In this document: positions 59,571-64,000 of the stretch, one piece after another
Layout: every line of letters begins with the position of its first letter
Numbering within the stretch: the first letter of the stretch is position 1
DNA from: Planctomycetota bacterium
Lineage (GTDB): Bacteria > Planctomycetota > UBA11346
Reading direction: 5' to 3'
Assembly: GCA_038213805.1 (NCBI GenBank)
Contig: JBBQSO010000014.1
Coordinates: 16,607 to 80,606, forward strand
Length of the DNA: 64,000 nucleotides
Program-made: the position numbers and the translations under genes
The notes under the pieces: model-generated
Seen by the model: only the letters and a program-made list of their open reading frames with translations
What the model was told of the DNA's origin: nothing
The model's database searches: none

Positions 59571-60923
59571 ATGAATCTCGTTGAATTCATGCGCCTGGTC
59601 GACGCCACCGCGCGCGAGCGCGGCATCGACAAGAACATCATCATCGATCACATCGAGCGCGCCCTGATCCAGGCCGCGCAGAAGCGCTTCGACGCGGTCG
59701 GCGAATTCTCCCTCACCATCGATCGCGTCACCGGCGAGATCCGTGCGTTCGAGGACGAGAAGCCGGTCGACCTCGAGAAGCTTGGGCGCATCGTCGCCAA
59801 CGTCGCCAAACAGGTCTTCGTGCAGGCGCTCAAGGAGAGCGAGCGCGACATGCTGTACGACGAGTTCACCACCCGCGAGCACACCATCATCAGCGGCACG
59901 GTCATGCGCGAGGAGCGCGGCATGATCATCGTCAGCCTGGGCAGCCGCGCCGAAGCCATCCTCCCCAAGGAAGAGCAGATCCCCGGCGAGGTCTACCGCC
60001 CCGGCAGCGTCGTCCGCGCCTACGTCCTGACCGTCGGCAAGAAGGGCCAGCGCGTGCGCATCGTGCTCTCGCGTACCCACAGCCACTTCGTCAAGGAGCT
60101 GTTCAAGGCCGAGATCCCCGAGATCGCCGACGGCCTCATCGAGATCAAGGGCATCGTGCGCGAGCCCGGCCGCCGCACCAAGATCGCGGTCGCCTCAACC
60201 GACCCGCGTATCGACCCGGTCGGCAGCTGCGTCGGCATGCGCGGCAGCCGCATCACCAAGATCACCGACGAGCTCGGCGGCGAGAAGATCGACATCATCC
60301 CGTGGGCCGAGGACCCGGCGCAGTTCATCGAGAACTCGCTCAAGCCGGCGCGCGTGCTGCGCATCAGCTATGACCACTTCCGCGACCGCGCGCGCGTGGT
60401 CGTCAGCCAGGACCAGCTGCCGCTGGCGATCGGCAAGGCCGGCCAGAACGTGCGCCTGAGCGCGCGCTTGACCCGCTACAAGATCGACGTGATGAGCGAA
60501 GAGGCCGCGTCCCAGGCGCGCGCCAAGGGCAGCGAAGAGCTCCAGCAGCTCATCGGCGCCGGTCTGCTTGAGGACTTCATGCGCGAGGTCTTCCTCGACA
60601 GCCACCTCGACAGCCTGGCGGTGCTCGCGGCGCAGACCCCCGAGCGCGTGTGCAGCAACCTTGAGGCGCATCCGATCACCAACGAGCAGGCCGCGACGAT
60701 GATCGCCAAGGCCAACGAGCTGCTCACCGACGATCAGAAGCACGACCGCGACCAGATCATCGACCGGCGCCTGCAGGCCGAGCGCGAGGCCGCCGACGAG
60801 GAGGCCCGCGAGCTGGCCATGGCCGAGGCCCAGATCAAGGCCGACACCGAGGCCGCGGTGCACGCCGCGCTTCTCACCGACGGCGGCTACGGCGCCCAGA
60901 GCCAGCCTCCCAAGTCCTCATGA
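59571..60923 (+). CDS. nusA: Transcription termination/antitermination factor NusA
   Basis: [21 protein letters not shown]1 domain, [32 protein letters not shown] and [15 protein letters not shown]. Confidence 0.97.
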   Translation: MNLVEFMRLVDATARERGIDKNIIIDHIERALIQAAQKRFDAVGEFSLTIDRVTGEIRAFEDEKPVDLEKLGRIVANVAKQVFVQALKESERDMLYDEFTTREHTIISGTVMREERGMIIVSLGSRAEAILPKEEQIPGEVYRPGSVVRAYVLTVGKKGQRVRIVLSRTHSHFVKELFKAEIPEIADGLIEIKGIVREPGRRTKIAVASTDPRIDPVGSCVGMRGSRITKITDELGGEKIDIIPWAEDPAQFIENSLKPARVLRISYDHFRDRARVVVSQDQLPLAIGKAGQNVRLSARLTRYKIDVMSEEAASQARAKGSEELQQLIGAGLLEDFMREVFLDSHLDSLAVLAAQTPERVCSNLEAHPITNEQAATMIAKANELLTDDQKHDRDQIIDRRLQAEREAADEEARELAMAEAQIKADTEAAVHAALLTDGGYGAQSQPPKSS

Positions 60924-60994
60924 GCGCCCGGCGGCGCGCTGCACCGGTATCCAGCATCCCACCGTAATCGAAGATCCAGGCGAGACGAGATTCT

Positions 60995-64000
<3,006 letters not shown>

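Overview
This is a very GC-rich bacterial chromosomal window with no rRNA, tRNA, CRISPR array, transposase or prophage that I can see. The FtsQ type, the DUF1592/DUF1552 pair and the MoxR-ABC-DUF58 cluster suggest a Planctomycetota/PVC-type organism, but that is inference. Left to right: (1) a minus-strand division and cell-wall (dcw) operon, mraZ-orf-rsmH-ftsL-ftsI-murE-murF-mraY-orf-ftsW-orf-murG-murC-murB-ddl-ftsQ-ftsA-like (cut at the edge). It lacks murD, carries three small ORFs that overlap their neighbours, and has a 10-bp-periodic MraZ-type operator. (2) A truncated globin, a divergent alanine racemase, a GNAT, rimO plus a lipoprotein, an ECF sigma operon, glmS and a YyaL-type protein. 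(3) A chagasin-like inhibitor and a papain-like protease flanking a block of secreted, carbohydrate-related genes, then ThuA and LacI. (4) A MoxR/ABC/DUF58 cluster. (5) A complete Wsp-like chemosensory operon ending in a triple-receiver histidine kinase, preceded by a protein made of four tandem XRE-like HTH repeats. (6) DUF1592, DUF1552, an O-antigen-ligase-like protein, and nusA-infB (infB cut at the edge) with a leader terminator. Two dispersed inverted-repeat families and two tandem microsatellites occur. The best candidates for new biology are the remodelled dcw operon with a degenerate FtsA, the four-HTH protein and the inverted-repeat elements. All calls come from reading motifs by eye; no searches were run.
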